Assembly (NCBI GenBank): GCA_964617715.1
Contig: CAZTZN010000006.1
Location: 1-60,277, forward strand
Reading direction: 5' to 3'
DNA length: 60,277 nt
Source of the DNA: an uncultured Armatimonadia bacterium
GTDB lineage: Bacteria; Armatimonadota; Zipacnadia; Zipacnadales; UBA5352
The translations under genes were made by a program, and so were the position numbers. The notes under the pieces were generated by a model that saw only the letters and a program-made list of their open reading frames with translations, made no database searches and was not told where the DNA came from. Below are positions 36,837 through 45,697 of the stretch, piece after piece; within the stretch, counting starts at the first letter, position 1, and every line of letters starts with the position of its first letter.

Positions 36837-38066
36837 ATGAGCAAGCTGACAGGCCGACTTGGGCTGGCGCTGCTGCTGCTGGGTGTGGCGGCGCTGGTCG
36901 TGGGGATCACGGGATGCCCGCCACCGAAACCGCCGACGGAGATAGCAATTCCGCCTGAGGATGTGGAGCCACAAACAACGGCCCCCACCGGGGAGCCGTA
37001 CACCATCGGCGCGATCTTTGCCCTGACCGGCCCGGCCTCCTCGTTGGGGGAACCCGAGCGCGACACCGCCAAGATGATTGAGGAGCAGATCAACGCCGAG
37101 GGCGGCATCAATGGACGACCGCTGGAGATCATCGTCCGCGACACCAAGGGCGAGGAGACGGAGGCACTGACCGCCGTCAAGGAGCTTATCGACAGGGAGA
37201 GCGTGTTGGCCATCGTCGGCCCGAGCCGGTCCGGCACGACCATGGGGGTCATCGAGGCGGTCGAGGAGGCCGAGGTCCCACTGGTCGCCTGCGCAGCCGC
37301 CAGCGTCATCACCAACCCGGTGAAGAAGTGGGTTTTCGTAACGCCGCAGAACGACGCCGACGCCGTGGCGCGCATCTACCGCTACCTCAACTCGCAGGAC
37401 ATCACGAGGATCGCGCTGCTCACCGCGAGCACCGGTTTCGGGGAGCCCGGGCGGGAGCAGCTCAAGAGTCAGGCGCCGGACGCGGGCATCGAGATCGTTG
37501 CCGACGAGCAGTTCGCCGACAGCGACACCGACATGACCACGCAGCTCACCAAGATCAAGGCCAGCGACGCTCAGGCCATCGTGTGCTGGGGTGTCGGTCC
37601 GGCCCCGGCGCAGGTCGCCAAGAACGTGCAGCAACTGCAGATGGACATCCCGCTGATCATGAGCCACGGTGTGGCCAATCGGCGCTTCATTGAGGGCGCC
37701 GGTGAGGCCGCCGAGGGCGTGATTCTGCCGGCGGGCAAGCTGCTGGTTGCCGGTCAGCTCCCGGATGACGACCCGGCCAAGGAGCAGTTGCTGGAGTACG
37801 CGCAGCAGTTTGAGGAGAAGTACGGGCGGCCGGCAGACACCTTCGGCGGCCATGCGTGGGACGCCGTGATGCTGGTGGTCAACGCGCTGCGCGACGGCGC
37901 GACGACCCCCGCGGCCATCCGCGACCACATCGAGGCCACGCAGGACTTCATGGGCATCGGTGGCGTCTTCAGCTTCTCCGCCGACGCACACTACGGACTG
38001 ACCCCCGACGCCTTCGTGATGGTCGAGATCGCGGATGGCGAGTGGAAGCTCATTACCGAGGAGTAA
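36837..38066 (+). CDS. Branched-chain amino acid-type ABC substrate-binding lipoprotein, copy 2 (tandem paralog)
   Basis: Start at ATG 36837 after GAGGGAGG. Lipobox ITGC. It aligns by eye with copy 1 over its whole length, with well over half the positions identical. Confidence 0.88.
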   Translation: MSKLTGRLGLALLLLGVAALVVGITGCPPPKPPTEIAIPPEDVEPQTTAPTGEPYTIGAIFALTGPASSLGEPERDTAKMIEEQINAEGGINGRPLEIIVRDTKGEETEALTAVKELIDRESVLAIVGPSRSGTTMGVIEAVEEAEVPLVACAAASVITNPVKKWVFVTPQNDADAVARIYRYLNSQDITRIALLTASTGFGEPGREQLKSQAPDAGIEIVADEQFADSDTDMTTQLTKIKASDAQAIVCWGVGPAPAQVAKNVQQLQMDIPLIMSHGVANRRFIEGAGEAAEGVILPAGKLLVAGQLPDDDPAKEQLLEYAQQFEEKYGRPADTFGGHAWDAVMLVVNALRDGATTPAAIRDHIEATQDFMGIGGVFSFSADAHYGLTPDAFVMVEIADGEWKLITEE

Positions 38067-38086
38067 GTCGCGGCGCATCTGACGAC

Positions 38087-38121
38087 CACGGGCGCGCCGA
38101 CCGGCGGTCGGCGCGCCCGTG
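38087..38121 (+). terminator. Perfect 16-bp GC hairpin CACGGGCGCGCCGACC-GGC-GGTCGGCGCGCCCGTG (terminator/attenuator between binding-protein and permease genes)
   Basis: Lies 21 nt after the binding-protein stop codon and is followed by CTTCC. This position is typical for partial termination that raises the binding-protein:permease ratio. Confidence 0.5.
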
Positions 38122-38280
38122 CTTCCGGCGGGGAGGTCATGCAGGTCCGGCGGAGAATTGCCGACCGCGCACGTGTGCGCACGTGGCCGACCCGCCGCAC
38201 ATGTCCGAGTCGCGGGCCGAGCCCCCGCAAAGGGGCGCGGCCTGTTCGTTTCCACCGACCCGCACGGAGAGCAGGCCGAC

Positions 38281-39165
38281 ATGACGCTGCTTGAGCAGGT
38301 CTGGCAGTTCGTCCTGTCGGGGATGACCACGGGCGGCACCTACGCCCTGATCGCCCTGGGGTTCTCGCTGGTGTACAACGCCACCGGCGTGATCAACTTC
38401 GCTCAGGGCGAGTTCGTGATGCTGGGAGGCATGGTCACGGCCGCCAGCATGTCCGCGTGGGGGCTGCCGCTGTGGCTGGCCGCACTGGTCGGCATCGCCG
38501 TCACGACAGTGGTGGGCCTCATCCTCGACCGCGCCGCCATCCGCCCCGCACGTAACGCCTCGGTCGTCGTCCTCATCATCATCACCGTCGGCGCCTCCAT
38601 CTTCCTCCGCGGGCTGGCCAGCATCATCTGGGGGCCGGACGAGCGCCCGGTGCCCGCCTTCAGCGGCAGTGCCCCCATCGCCGTGCTCGGCGCCAACATC
38701 ACCCCGCAATCGCTGTGGGTGATGGGGGCGACGCTGGTGACCGCCGTCGCCATGTGGGTGGTCTTCGAGTACACGGTGGTGGGCAAGGCCATGCGAGCGT
38801 GCGCGATCAACCCGCACGCGGCGCAATTGTGCGGGATCGAGCTGTCGCGCATGATCTCGTGGTCGTTCGCCCTGGCGGCGGCCATCGGCGCCATCGCCGG
38901 CATCGTGCTGGCCCCCATTACCATGACGCAGTACAACGTGGGCACCATGCTGGGCCTCAAGGGCTTCTGCGCGGCGATGCTCGGTGGACTGGGCAATGGC
39001 CTGGGGGGCATCGTGGGTGGGCTGGTGCTGGGCGTGCTCGAGGCTCTGGGGGCGGGCCTGGTCAGCTCACAGTACAAGGACGCCATCGCCTTCGTTGTGC
39101 TGATCGCTGTGCTGCTCATTCGCCCCAGCGGCATCCTGGGCGGCGGTTCCGGGGAGGAGGACTGA
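38281..39165 (+). CDS. livH: Branched-chain amino acid ABC permease (LivH-type)
   Basis: Start at ATG 38281 (GGAGAG upstream). Motifs: [25 protein letters not shown]. Confidence 0.9.
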   Translation: MTLLEQVWQFVLSGMTTGGTYALIALGFSLVYNATGVINFAQGEFVMLGGMVTAASMSAWGLPLWLAALVGIAVTTVVGLILDRAAIRPARNASVVVLIIITVGASIFLRGLASIIWGPDERPVPAFSGSAPIAVLGANITPQSLWVMGATLVTAVAMWVVFEYTVVGKAMRACAINPHAAQLCGIELSRMISWSFALAAAIGAIAGIVLAPITMTQYNVGTMLGLKGFCAAMLGGLGNGLGGIVGGLVLGVLEALGAGLVSSQYKDAIAFVVLIAVLLIRPSGILGGGSGEED

Positions 39166-39166
39166 G

Positions 39167-40216
39167 ATGGCCGCGGTGCGCGAGGCCTCGAGCGAGGCTT
39201 CCGCTGCCAACGAGGCCACGGCGGTCGCACGGCGTCGCCGCGCTCAGAAGCTGCAGATACTCGGCTTCTTCCTGTTCGTGGCGCTGGTGCCTCTGGCGGT
39301 GCACAACCGCTACTACATTCACGTCCTCATCTTCGTGGGCCTCAACCTGATCCTCGCCAGCGGGCTGAACCTGCTGATGGGTTACGCCGGCCAGGTCTCG
39401 CTCGGCCACGCCGCGTTCTTCGCCATCGGCGCCTACACATCCGGGATCCTGACCACGACCTACGGCTGGAATCCATGGCTGGCGATGTTGGCGGCGCTGG
39501 GGGCCACCTGCGCGGTGGCCTGGCTGGTGGGGCGGCCGACATTGCGCCTGCATGGCCACTACCTGGCGATGGCGACACTGGGCGTGGGTATCATCGTGTC
39601 GGTGGTAATCCGCCAGACCTCGGGGCTCACAGGCGGATCGTCCGGGCTCCCGGGGATTCCGGCGATGACCGTGTTCGGCCGCGAACTCACCACCGCCATG
39701 GACGTCCAGTATTTCTACTTCGTCTGGGCCTGGGTGTGTCTGCTGACCGTGGTGTTCGCCAACCTCGTCGAGTCTCGCCCCGGACGGGCGTTGCGTGCGC
39801 TGCACGACAGCGAGCTGGCGGCGGAGACTCTGGGCGTGGACACCGCGGGCTTCAAGGTCCGCGCCTTCGTCATCAGTGCCGCCTACGCTTCGATCGCCGG
39901 GACGCTCTACGCGCACTCGTCCATGCGCTTCCTCTCGCCCACGCCCTTCGGCTTTCACACCTCCATCGCCCTGCTGGTGATGGTGGTGCTGGGCGGCCAG
40001 GGGACGCTGTGGGGCCCGACCCTGGGGGCGGTCACCGTCACCGCCATCCAGGAGGTGCTGCGCCGGTACACCAACTGGGACATCGTGGTCTACGGCCTGC
40101 TGCTGATGTTTCTGATGATCGTGATGCCCGGGGGCGTAACGCGGGCGCTGGCGTCGGCCTGGAGCGCCATCGTCGACCGCGTGGGGCGGCGGCGAGGGAG
40201 GGCCGATGATGAGTGA
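39167..40216 (+). CDS. livM: Branched-chain amino acid ABC permease (LivM-type)
   Basis: Starts 1 nt after the livH stop. Motifs: [30 protein letters not shown]. Confidence 0.9.
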   Translation: MAAVREASSEASAANEATAVARRRRAQKLQILGFFLFVALVPLAVHNRYYIHVLIFVGLNLILASGLNLLMGYAGQVSLGHAAFFAIGAYTSGILTTTYGWNPWLAMLAALGATCAVAWLVGRPTLRLHGHYLAMATLGVGIIVSVVIRQTSGLTGGSSGLPGIPAMTVFGRELTTAMDVQYFYFVWAWVCLLTVVFANLVESRPGRALRALHDSELAAETLGVDTAGFKVRAFVISAAYASIAGTLYAHSSMRFLSPTPFGFHTSIALLVMVVLGGQGTLWGPTLGAVTVTAIQEVLRRYTNWDIVVYGLLLMFLMIVMPGGVTRALASAWSAIVDRVGRRRGRADDE

Positions 40217-40979
40217 GGCGCTGCTGACCGTCAGCGGCCTGTGCAAGGACTTTGGCGGCCTCGAGGCGGTGAAGGACGTGAGCTTTGAGGTGCGCGCGGG
40301 GCAGATCAAGGCGCTTATCGGCCCGAATGGAGCGGGTAAGACCACGATCTTCAACCTCATCACGGGCGTGCTGCCCGCGGATGCCGGGTCGGTTGTGTTC
40401 AGAGGGCGGCAACTGCTGGGCCTGCCCACCCACCGCATCGCCGCGCTGGGCCTGGGGCGCACCTTTCAGACCAGCCTGCTTTTCGATCAGATGACGGTGC
40501 TCGAGAACGTCATGGTCGGCCATCACCTGGCGGGGCGCGCCACCATGTTCAGCGCCGCCCTGCGCATCCTCGGCGTCAGCGCGGAGGAGCGCGAGTACCG
40601 GCAGATGGCGATGGCGGCGCTGGAGCGCGCCGGGCTGGCGGACCTGGCCGGACGCTCGGCGGCGGAGCTGCCCATCGGGCAGCGACGGCTCGTGGAAGTC
40701 GCGCGGGCGCTTGCGGCCGAGCCGACCCTGCTGCTCATGGACGAGCCCGCAGCCGGGTTGAACATGCGCGAGACCGAACACATGGGCCACACCATCGAGG
40801 AGATCCGTGCCGGGGGCGTAACCGTGCTGCTGGTGGAGCACGACATGTCGCTGGTCATGGATATCTCCGACGAGATCCTGGTGCTCGACGGCGGCCGACG
40901 GCTGGCGGAGGGCACTCCCGAACAGGTGCGCAACGACGAGCGCGTGCTGGCAGCCTACCTGGGGGAGGTCGCCGACTGA
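40206..40979 (+). CDS. livG: Branched-chain amino acid ABC ATPase (LivG-type)
   Basis: Overlaps livM by 11 nt. Walker [21 protein letters not shown] and the LivG-type C-terminal extension. Confidence 0.9.
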   Translation: MMSEALLTVSGLCKDFGGLEAVKDVSFEVRAGQIKALIGPNGAGKTTIFNLITGVLPADAGSVVFRGRQLLGLPTHRIAALGLGRTFQTSLLFDQMTVLENVMVGHHLAGRATMFSAALRILGVSAEEREYRQMAMAALERAGLADLAGRSAAELPIGQRRLVEVARALAAEPTLLLMDEPAAGLNMRETEHMGHTIEEIRAGGVTVLLVEHDMSLVMDISDEILVLDGGRRLAEGTPEQVRNDERVLAAYLGEVAD

Positions 40980-41713
40980 TGCTGCGGCTGCGGAGCATCG
41001 ACGCCTTCTACGGGCGCGTGCAGGCCCTGCGCGGCGTCTCTCTGCACGTGGGTCGGGGAGAGATTGTGACGCTCATCGGCGCCAACGGCGCAGGCAAGAG
41101 CACCACGCTCGCGGTCATCTCGGGCCTGCTGCGCGCTCACTCGGGCGAGATCGAGTTCGAGGAACGAAATGTGGCCAACTGGCCGCCGCACCGACTGGTG
41201 CGCGCGGGCATATGTCATGTCCCCGAGGGTCGGCAGGTGTTCGGCGCCCTCACCGTGGCCGACAACCTGTTGCTGGGCGCGTATTCGCGCTGGCGTGGGG
41301 CCGGGCGGGCGCAGGCGCTGGCGGACATGGCGCAGCAGTTCGAGCGCTTTCCGCGGCTGGCCGAGCGCCGAGACCAGCTTGCCGGCAGTCTGAGCGGCGG
41401 TGAGCAGCAGATGCTGGCGCTCGCGCGCGGGCTGATGTCGCGGCCCAGGCTGCTCATGCTCGACGAGCCCTCGCTGGGGCTCGCGCCGATCATCGCTCAG
41501 CAGTTCCTGGCCGAAGTGCAGAAGTTGCGCGACGACGGCCTGACCGTGCTGCTGGTGGAGCAGAATGCCCGGGCCGCGCTGCGGATCGCCGACCGCGGCT
41601 ACGTCATCGAGACCGGACGCATCGTGCTGGAGGGGAGCGCGCAGGACCTGCTGGACAACCCCGAGGTGCAGCGCGCGTACCTGGGCAAGGACTATCGCGA
41701 GGTGTGGGAGTAG
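40979..41713 (+). CDS. livF: Branched-chain amino acid ABC ATPase (LivF-type)
   Basis: TGATG stop/start overlap. Walker A GANGAGKST, signature LSGGEQQM, Walker B LLMLDEPSLGL. Confidence 0.9.
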   Translation: MLRLRSIDAFYGRVQALRGVSLHVGRGEIVTLIGANGAGKSTTLAVISGLLRAHSGEIEFEERNVANWPPHRLVRAGICHVPEGRQVFGALTVADNLLLGAYSRWRGAGRAQALADMAQQFERFPRLAERRDQLAGSLSGGEQQMLALARGLMSRPRLLMLDEPSLGLAPIIAQQFLAEVQKLRDDGLTVLLVEQNARAALRIADRGYVIETGRIVLEGSAQDLLDNPEVQRAYLGKDYREVWE

Positions 41714-41739
41714 CCGCTGGGTGTGGGAGGTCGAGTACC

Positions 41740-43059
41740 GTGGAGGGCCGGCACATCTTCAACCCCGAAGCCGAGACCATGGCGCGCGACGAACTCTTGC
41801 AGCTTCAGCTTGAGCGCCTTCAGGCGACGCTCAATCGCGCCATGCGCAACATCGCCTACTATCGTGAGCGCTTCGCGTCGCTGGACTTCGTCCCCGACGG
41901 CGTGCGCTCGCTCGAGGACCTCGCACGTCTGCCACTGACCAGCCGCATGGACATGGCCGAGGGCTACCCGTACGGCTTCTTCGCCGTGCCGTTGCGCGAG
42001 GTGGTACGCATTGACACCGCCCCGGGGCTCACCTACGGCCCGGCGGTCGCCGCGTACACCCGCAATGACCTGACACACTGGGCGGAGCTGTCGGCGCGCG
42101 TGATGACCGCGGCCGGCGTGAACGCCGACTCGGTGGTGCAGATCCCGTTCGAGACCGGCATGTTCGACGCCGGCTTCGGCTTCGTCAGGGGCGCTCATCT
42201 TATCGGCGCCTCGGTCATCTCGGTCCCCGGCGGTGACTACCGCAAGCAGGTCCAGGTGATGCATGACTATCGCAGCACGGTGCTGGTGGCGATGCCCTCC
42301 GACGCGCTGCACCTGGCCGCCGAGCTGGAGCAGATGGACCTGGGGCCGCGCGGGCTGTGGCTGCACACCGCGCTTCTGGGTGGTGAGCCGTGGCCGGAAC
42401 ACACCCGTGCCGAGATTGAGGAGCGCCTCGGCGTGCGAGCGCTGGACAACTACGGCGTGCGCGCCGTGGCCTGGCCGGGGCTCGCGGCCGAATGCGAGCA
42501 GCGGACGGGGCTGCACATCAACGAGGACTTCTTCCTGGCCGAGGTAGTAGACCCCGACACCCTTGAGCCGCTACCGCCCGGCACCGAGGGTGAGCTGGTC
42601 ATCACCACGCTGGAGAAGGAGGCGCTGCCGCTCATCCGCTACCGCACCGGTGACATATGCAGCCTCAGCGTCGAGCCGTGCCCGTGCGGGCGCAGCTTCG
42701 CACGCATGTCGCGGCCGAAGCGGCGCACCGACGACACCATCGTGGTGCGCGGCATCACCATCCAGCCGTACGCCATCACCAACACCGTGCGAGGCGTGCT
42801 GGGCGCCGAGACCGAGCACCAGGTGGTCGTAGGCGAGCAGGCCTACGACGACGTGCTCATCCGCATTGCCGTGCCGGCTCAGCGCGCGGGGACCGAGCAG
42901 GGCCTGGTCACACTGGCGCGTTCGCGCGGCGACCTCGAGCGCGAGCTGGCCGCCATGCTGGGCCTGCCGGTGCGCGTCGCCATCGTTGAGCGCTCGAGCT
43001 TCACGCGCGACGATGGGATCGCGAGGGCGGCAGTTGATCTGCGCGGCGGGGCGGGGTAG
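41740..43059 (+). CDS. Phenylacetate-CoA ligase (PaaK) family protein with degenerate adenylation motifs
   Basis: I prefer GTG 41740 because it retains the family-typical N-terminus (IFNPEAETM..ELLQLQLERL). YRTGD and RTDDTIVVRG are conserved. However, the P-loop reads DTAPGLTYGP (42010-42048) rather than the remembered SSGTTGKP. Confidence 0.8.
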   Translation: MEGRHIFNPEAETMARDELLQLQLERLQATLNRAMRNIAYYRERFASLDFVPDGVRSLEDLARLPLTSRMDMAEGYPYGFFAVPLREVVRIDTAPGLTYGPAVAAYTRNDLTHWAELSARVMTAAGVNADSVVQIPFETGMFDAGFGFVRGAHLIGASVISVPGGDYRKQVQVMHDYRSTVLVAMPSDALHLAAELEQMDLGPRGLWLHTALLGGEPWPEHTRAEIEERLGVRALDNYGVRAVAWPGLAAECEQRTGLHINEDFFLAEVVDPDTLEPLPPGTEGELVITTLEKEALPLIRYRTGDICSLSVEPCPCGRSFARMSRPKRRTDDTIVVRGITIQPYAITNTVRGVLGAETEHQVVVGEQAYDDVLIRIAVPAQRAGTEQGLVTLARSRGDLERELAAMLGLPVRVAIVERSSFTRDDGIARAAVDLRGGAG

Positions 43060-43166
43060 TGCGTCCGCAGGGCCGGGCGTGTGTGCGGCGGGTGTGCGGG
43101 GGCCAACAGGTAGGCCGTGCTCAGGCGACGGCTGCGGCCCTGTGACTGCCGACTGACGACCGCCTA

Positions 43167-45518
43167 CTACGCCCGCACCATCTCGCGGATCGTCGCCGCG
43201 ATGTCCGACGGCTGGGGCAGCACCGCGTCCTCCAGCGGCGGGCTGTAGGGCATGGGCGTATCGCCGCGCGCCAGCACCCGCGGGGCAGCCTTCAGCAGAT
43301 CGAAGCCGCCATCCTCCAACACCCGGCGGATGATCTCCGCCCCCGCCCCCGCGCGCGCCGGCGCCTCGTGCACCACCAGCAGCCGCCCGGTCTTCGCCAG
43401 CGAGGTCAGGATCGTGTACACGTCCAGCGGCACCAGCGTGCGTGGATCGATGACCTCGACGCCGACCTCTCCCTCCAACGCCCGAGCGGCGCGCAGGACC
43501 TTGGTGGCCGCGTAGCTGGTGGCGACCACCGTGATGTCGTCACCCTCGCGCCGCACCGCCGCCTCACCGAAGGGCACCAGCCACTCGCCCTCAGGGACCC
43601 GGGCCTGGCTGCGCCGCAGCAGCCGGTGCTCGATGAACAGCACCGGATCGTCGTCGCGGATGGCGGTCTTGAGCAGCCCCTTGGCGTCGTAGGCGTTCGA
43701 GGGGATCGCGACCTTGATGCCGGGCGCGTGCATGAACCAGGCTTCGTGATGCCCGGAGTGATGTGCGGCCTCACGGGAGCCGCAACCCGCCGGGGTCTTG
43801 ATGACCAGGGGCACGCTGATGCGCCCGCCGGACATGAGCTTGAGCGGTGCGCACTGGTTGACGATCTGGTCGAAGCACACCGCCACGAAGTCCATGTACA
43901 TGATCTCGACCACCGGGCGCAGGCCGGTCGCCGCCGCGCCGGTGCTCAGCCCCACGAAGGCCGCCTCGGAGATGGGCGTCTGGAAGACGCGGTGCTCGCG
44001 GAGCTGCTCCCAGAGGTTGTCGCGCTCGCGTACCGGACCGAGGTCCTCGCCGATGAGGAAGACGCGCTCATCGCGCTCCATCTCCTCGCGCAGCGCCTCG
44101 GCCACCACCTGCCCCCACGCCATCTCGCGAGTGGGCTCGGCGGCGCTGAGCTTCGGGCTGACCCACCGGGCGCGGCGCATGCTGAAGAACGTATCGGGAT
44201 GGCTGTCGGCGGCCGTGGAGAGCGCGTGGCGCATGCGCTCCCCCGCGTAGTCGAGGAAGTCGCCGTGGCTCTGAGGATCGAAGCTCTCGGCCGCCCGCGT
44301 CAGCCCGATTAGCGCCTCTCGGATCATGTCGGCGCGGCTTAGGGCGCCCAGGGCCGGCACGTCCGCCGCCCAGTTGACTATGGCGGTCAGCCGCGCCAGG
44401 TTCCGCGGGTCGGTGAGTGCCTCCTCGATGGCCACCTTGGTGTCGCGCACCGCCGGCGCGGGCGGGCGGATCGGGGGGCCGTCGAGCGTTTCCAGGCCCT
44501 CGGGCGTGGGGAAGGGGTCGGCGCAGGCCTGCGCGATGGCCCGGTCGATCTCGGCGGTCACCTCGTCGCGCAGCGCGTGCATGTCCGCTTCGGTCATGAT
44601 CCTCTCGGCGGAGAGATACCGCTCGAAGAGCACCAGCGGATCACGCTTCCTCCACTCCTCGACTGCCTCGGGATCGCGATGCGCGCCCTGGCCGGCGCCC
44701 GCGTGGCCCACGTAGCGGAAGGTCTTTGCCTCGATCATCGTCGGCCCGGCGCCCGCGCGCGCCCGCTCGACCGCCGCGCGCGCGACCGCGTTGACCGCCA
44801 GTACGTCCTGGCCGTCCACGATATGCGCGGGGATACCGTAGGGCTCGGCGCGGGGCGCGAGGTCGGGACGTGCGTGCGCTACCTCCGCGGCGGTCGAGGC
44901 GGCCCAGAGGTTGTTCTCGCAGACGAACAGCACCGGAAGCTGCCACAGCGACGCGAGGTTCAGGCACTCGCCGAAGGTCCCCTGGTTTGCGGCTCCGTCG
45001 CCGAAGAATGCGACCGCGACGCCGTCCTCGCCGCGGTACTTGGCCGCGAAGGCCGCACCCAGCGCCGGCGGGATCTGCCCGCCGATGATGCCGTTGCCGC
45101 CGAGCATGCCCTGCTCGCGGCGGTAGATGTGCATCGAGCCGCCGCACCCGCGCGAGTGGCCGGTCGCGCGGCCCATCAGCTCGGCGAACATGCCGCGCAG
45201 GTCGAGGCCCTTGGCGATGGCGTGGCCGTGGCCGCGGTGGTAGCTGGTGATGAAGTCGGTGTCACGCAGCTCGGAGCACACGCCGACTGCGACCGCCTCC
45301 TCGCCGATGTAGAGGTGGACCGCGCCACCGATCATGCCCTCGGAGGCGAAGTCGTAGAGCATGCAGGTGAGCAGGTCTTCGCCGCCGGCGGCGTGGTCGT
45401 CGGTCAGTTCGCCGCCGTAGAAGCCGCGGTAGTCATAGAGCTGGCTGAGTCGCTCCTCGAAGAAGCGGATGCGGTACATGCGCAGAAGCATGTCGCGCAG
45501 CCTGGCGGCATCGTGCAT
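43167..45518 (-). CDS. Fused 2-oxoacid (pyruvate/acetoin/branched-chain) dehydrogenase E1 alpha-beta, 783 aa
   Basis: Start at ATG 45518 with AGGAGG 7 nt upstream; the 177 upstream codons of the track ORF are Arg/Gly-rich junk overlapping copA. Alpha part: HLYIGEEA and GDGAANQG..(22)..ENN (TPP motif). Beta part: VFLIGEDLG, FQTPISEAAF. A linker of about 118 aa joins them. Confidence 0.88.
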   Translation of the reverse strand: MHDAARLRDMLLRMYRIRFFEERLSQLYDYRGFYGGELTDDHAAGGEDLLTCMLYDFASEGMIGGAVHLYIGEEAVAVGVCSELRDTDFITSYHRGHGHAIAKGLDLRGMFAELMGRATGHSRGCGGSMHIYRREQGMLGGNGIIGGQIPPALGAAFAAKYRGEDGVAVAFFGDGAANQGTFGECLNLASLWQLPVLFVCENNLWAASTAAEVAHARPDLAPRAEPYGIPAHIVDGQDVLAVNAVARAAVERARAGAGPTMIEAKTFRYVGHAGAGQGAHRDPEAVEEWRKRDPLVLFERYLSAERIMTEADMHALRDEVTAEIDRAIAQACADPFPTPEGLETLDGPPIRPPAPAVRDTKVAIEEALTDPRNLARLTAIVNWAADVPALGALSRADMIREALIGLTRAAESFDPQSHGDFLDYAGERMRHALSTAADSHPDTFFSMRRARWVSPKLSAAEPTREMAWGQVVAEALREEMERDERVFLIGEDLGPVRERDNLWEQLREHRVFQTPISEAAFVGLSTGAAATGLRPVVEIMYMDFVAVCFDQIVNQCAPLKLMSGGRISVPLVIKTPAGCGSREAAHHSGHHEAWFMHAPGIKVAIPSNAYDAKGLLKTAIRDDDPVLFIEHRLLRRSQARVPEGEWLVPFGEAAVRREGDDITVVATSYAATKVLRAARALEGEVGVEVIDPRTLVPLDVYTILTSLAKTGRLLVVHEAPARAGAGAEIIRRVLEDGGFDLLKAAPRVLARGDTPMPYSPPLEDAVLPQPSDIAATIREMVRA

Positions 45519-45671
45519 GCGGGCCCCTCCTACGGGCTGGCTGGTCGAGCGCGGGAAGGTTCGTGGGCACGGCGGGGAACCCTTCAGGCGGACTCCGTCG
45601 CCCTCGGCCGCCTGTGACCGTGGACAGGCCAGGTGACCTGTCCTACGAACGACTCGGCAGACACGTGACGA

Positions 45672-45688
45672 CCGGCCCGAGGGGCCGG
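45672..45688 (-). terminator. Hairpin CCGGCCC-CTC-GGGCCGG just downstream of copA
   Basis: 7-bp GC stem 10 nt after the copA stop codon, read on the minus strand. No U-tract. Confidence 0.4.
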
Positions 45689-45697
45689 AGACCCGCC

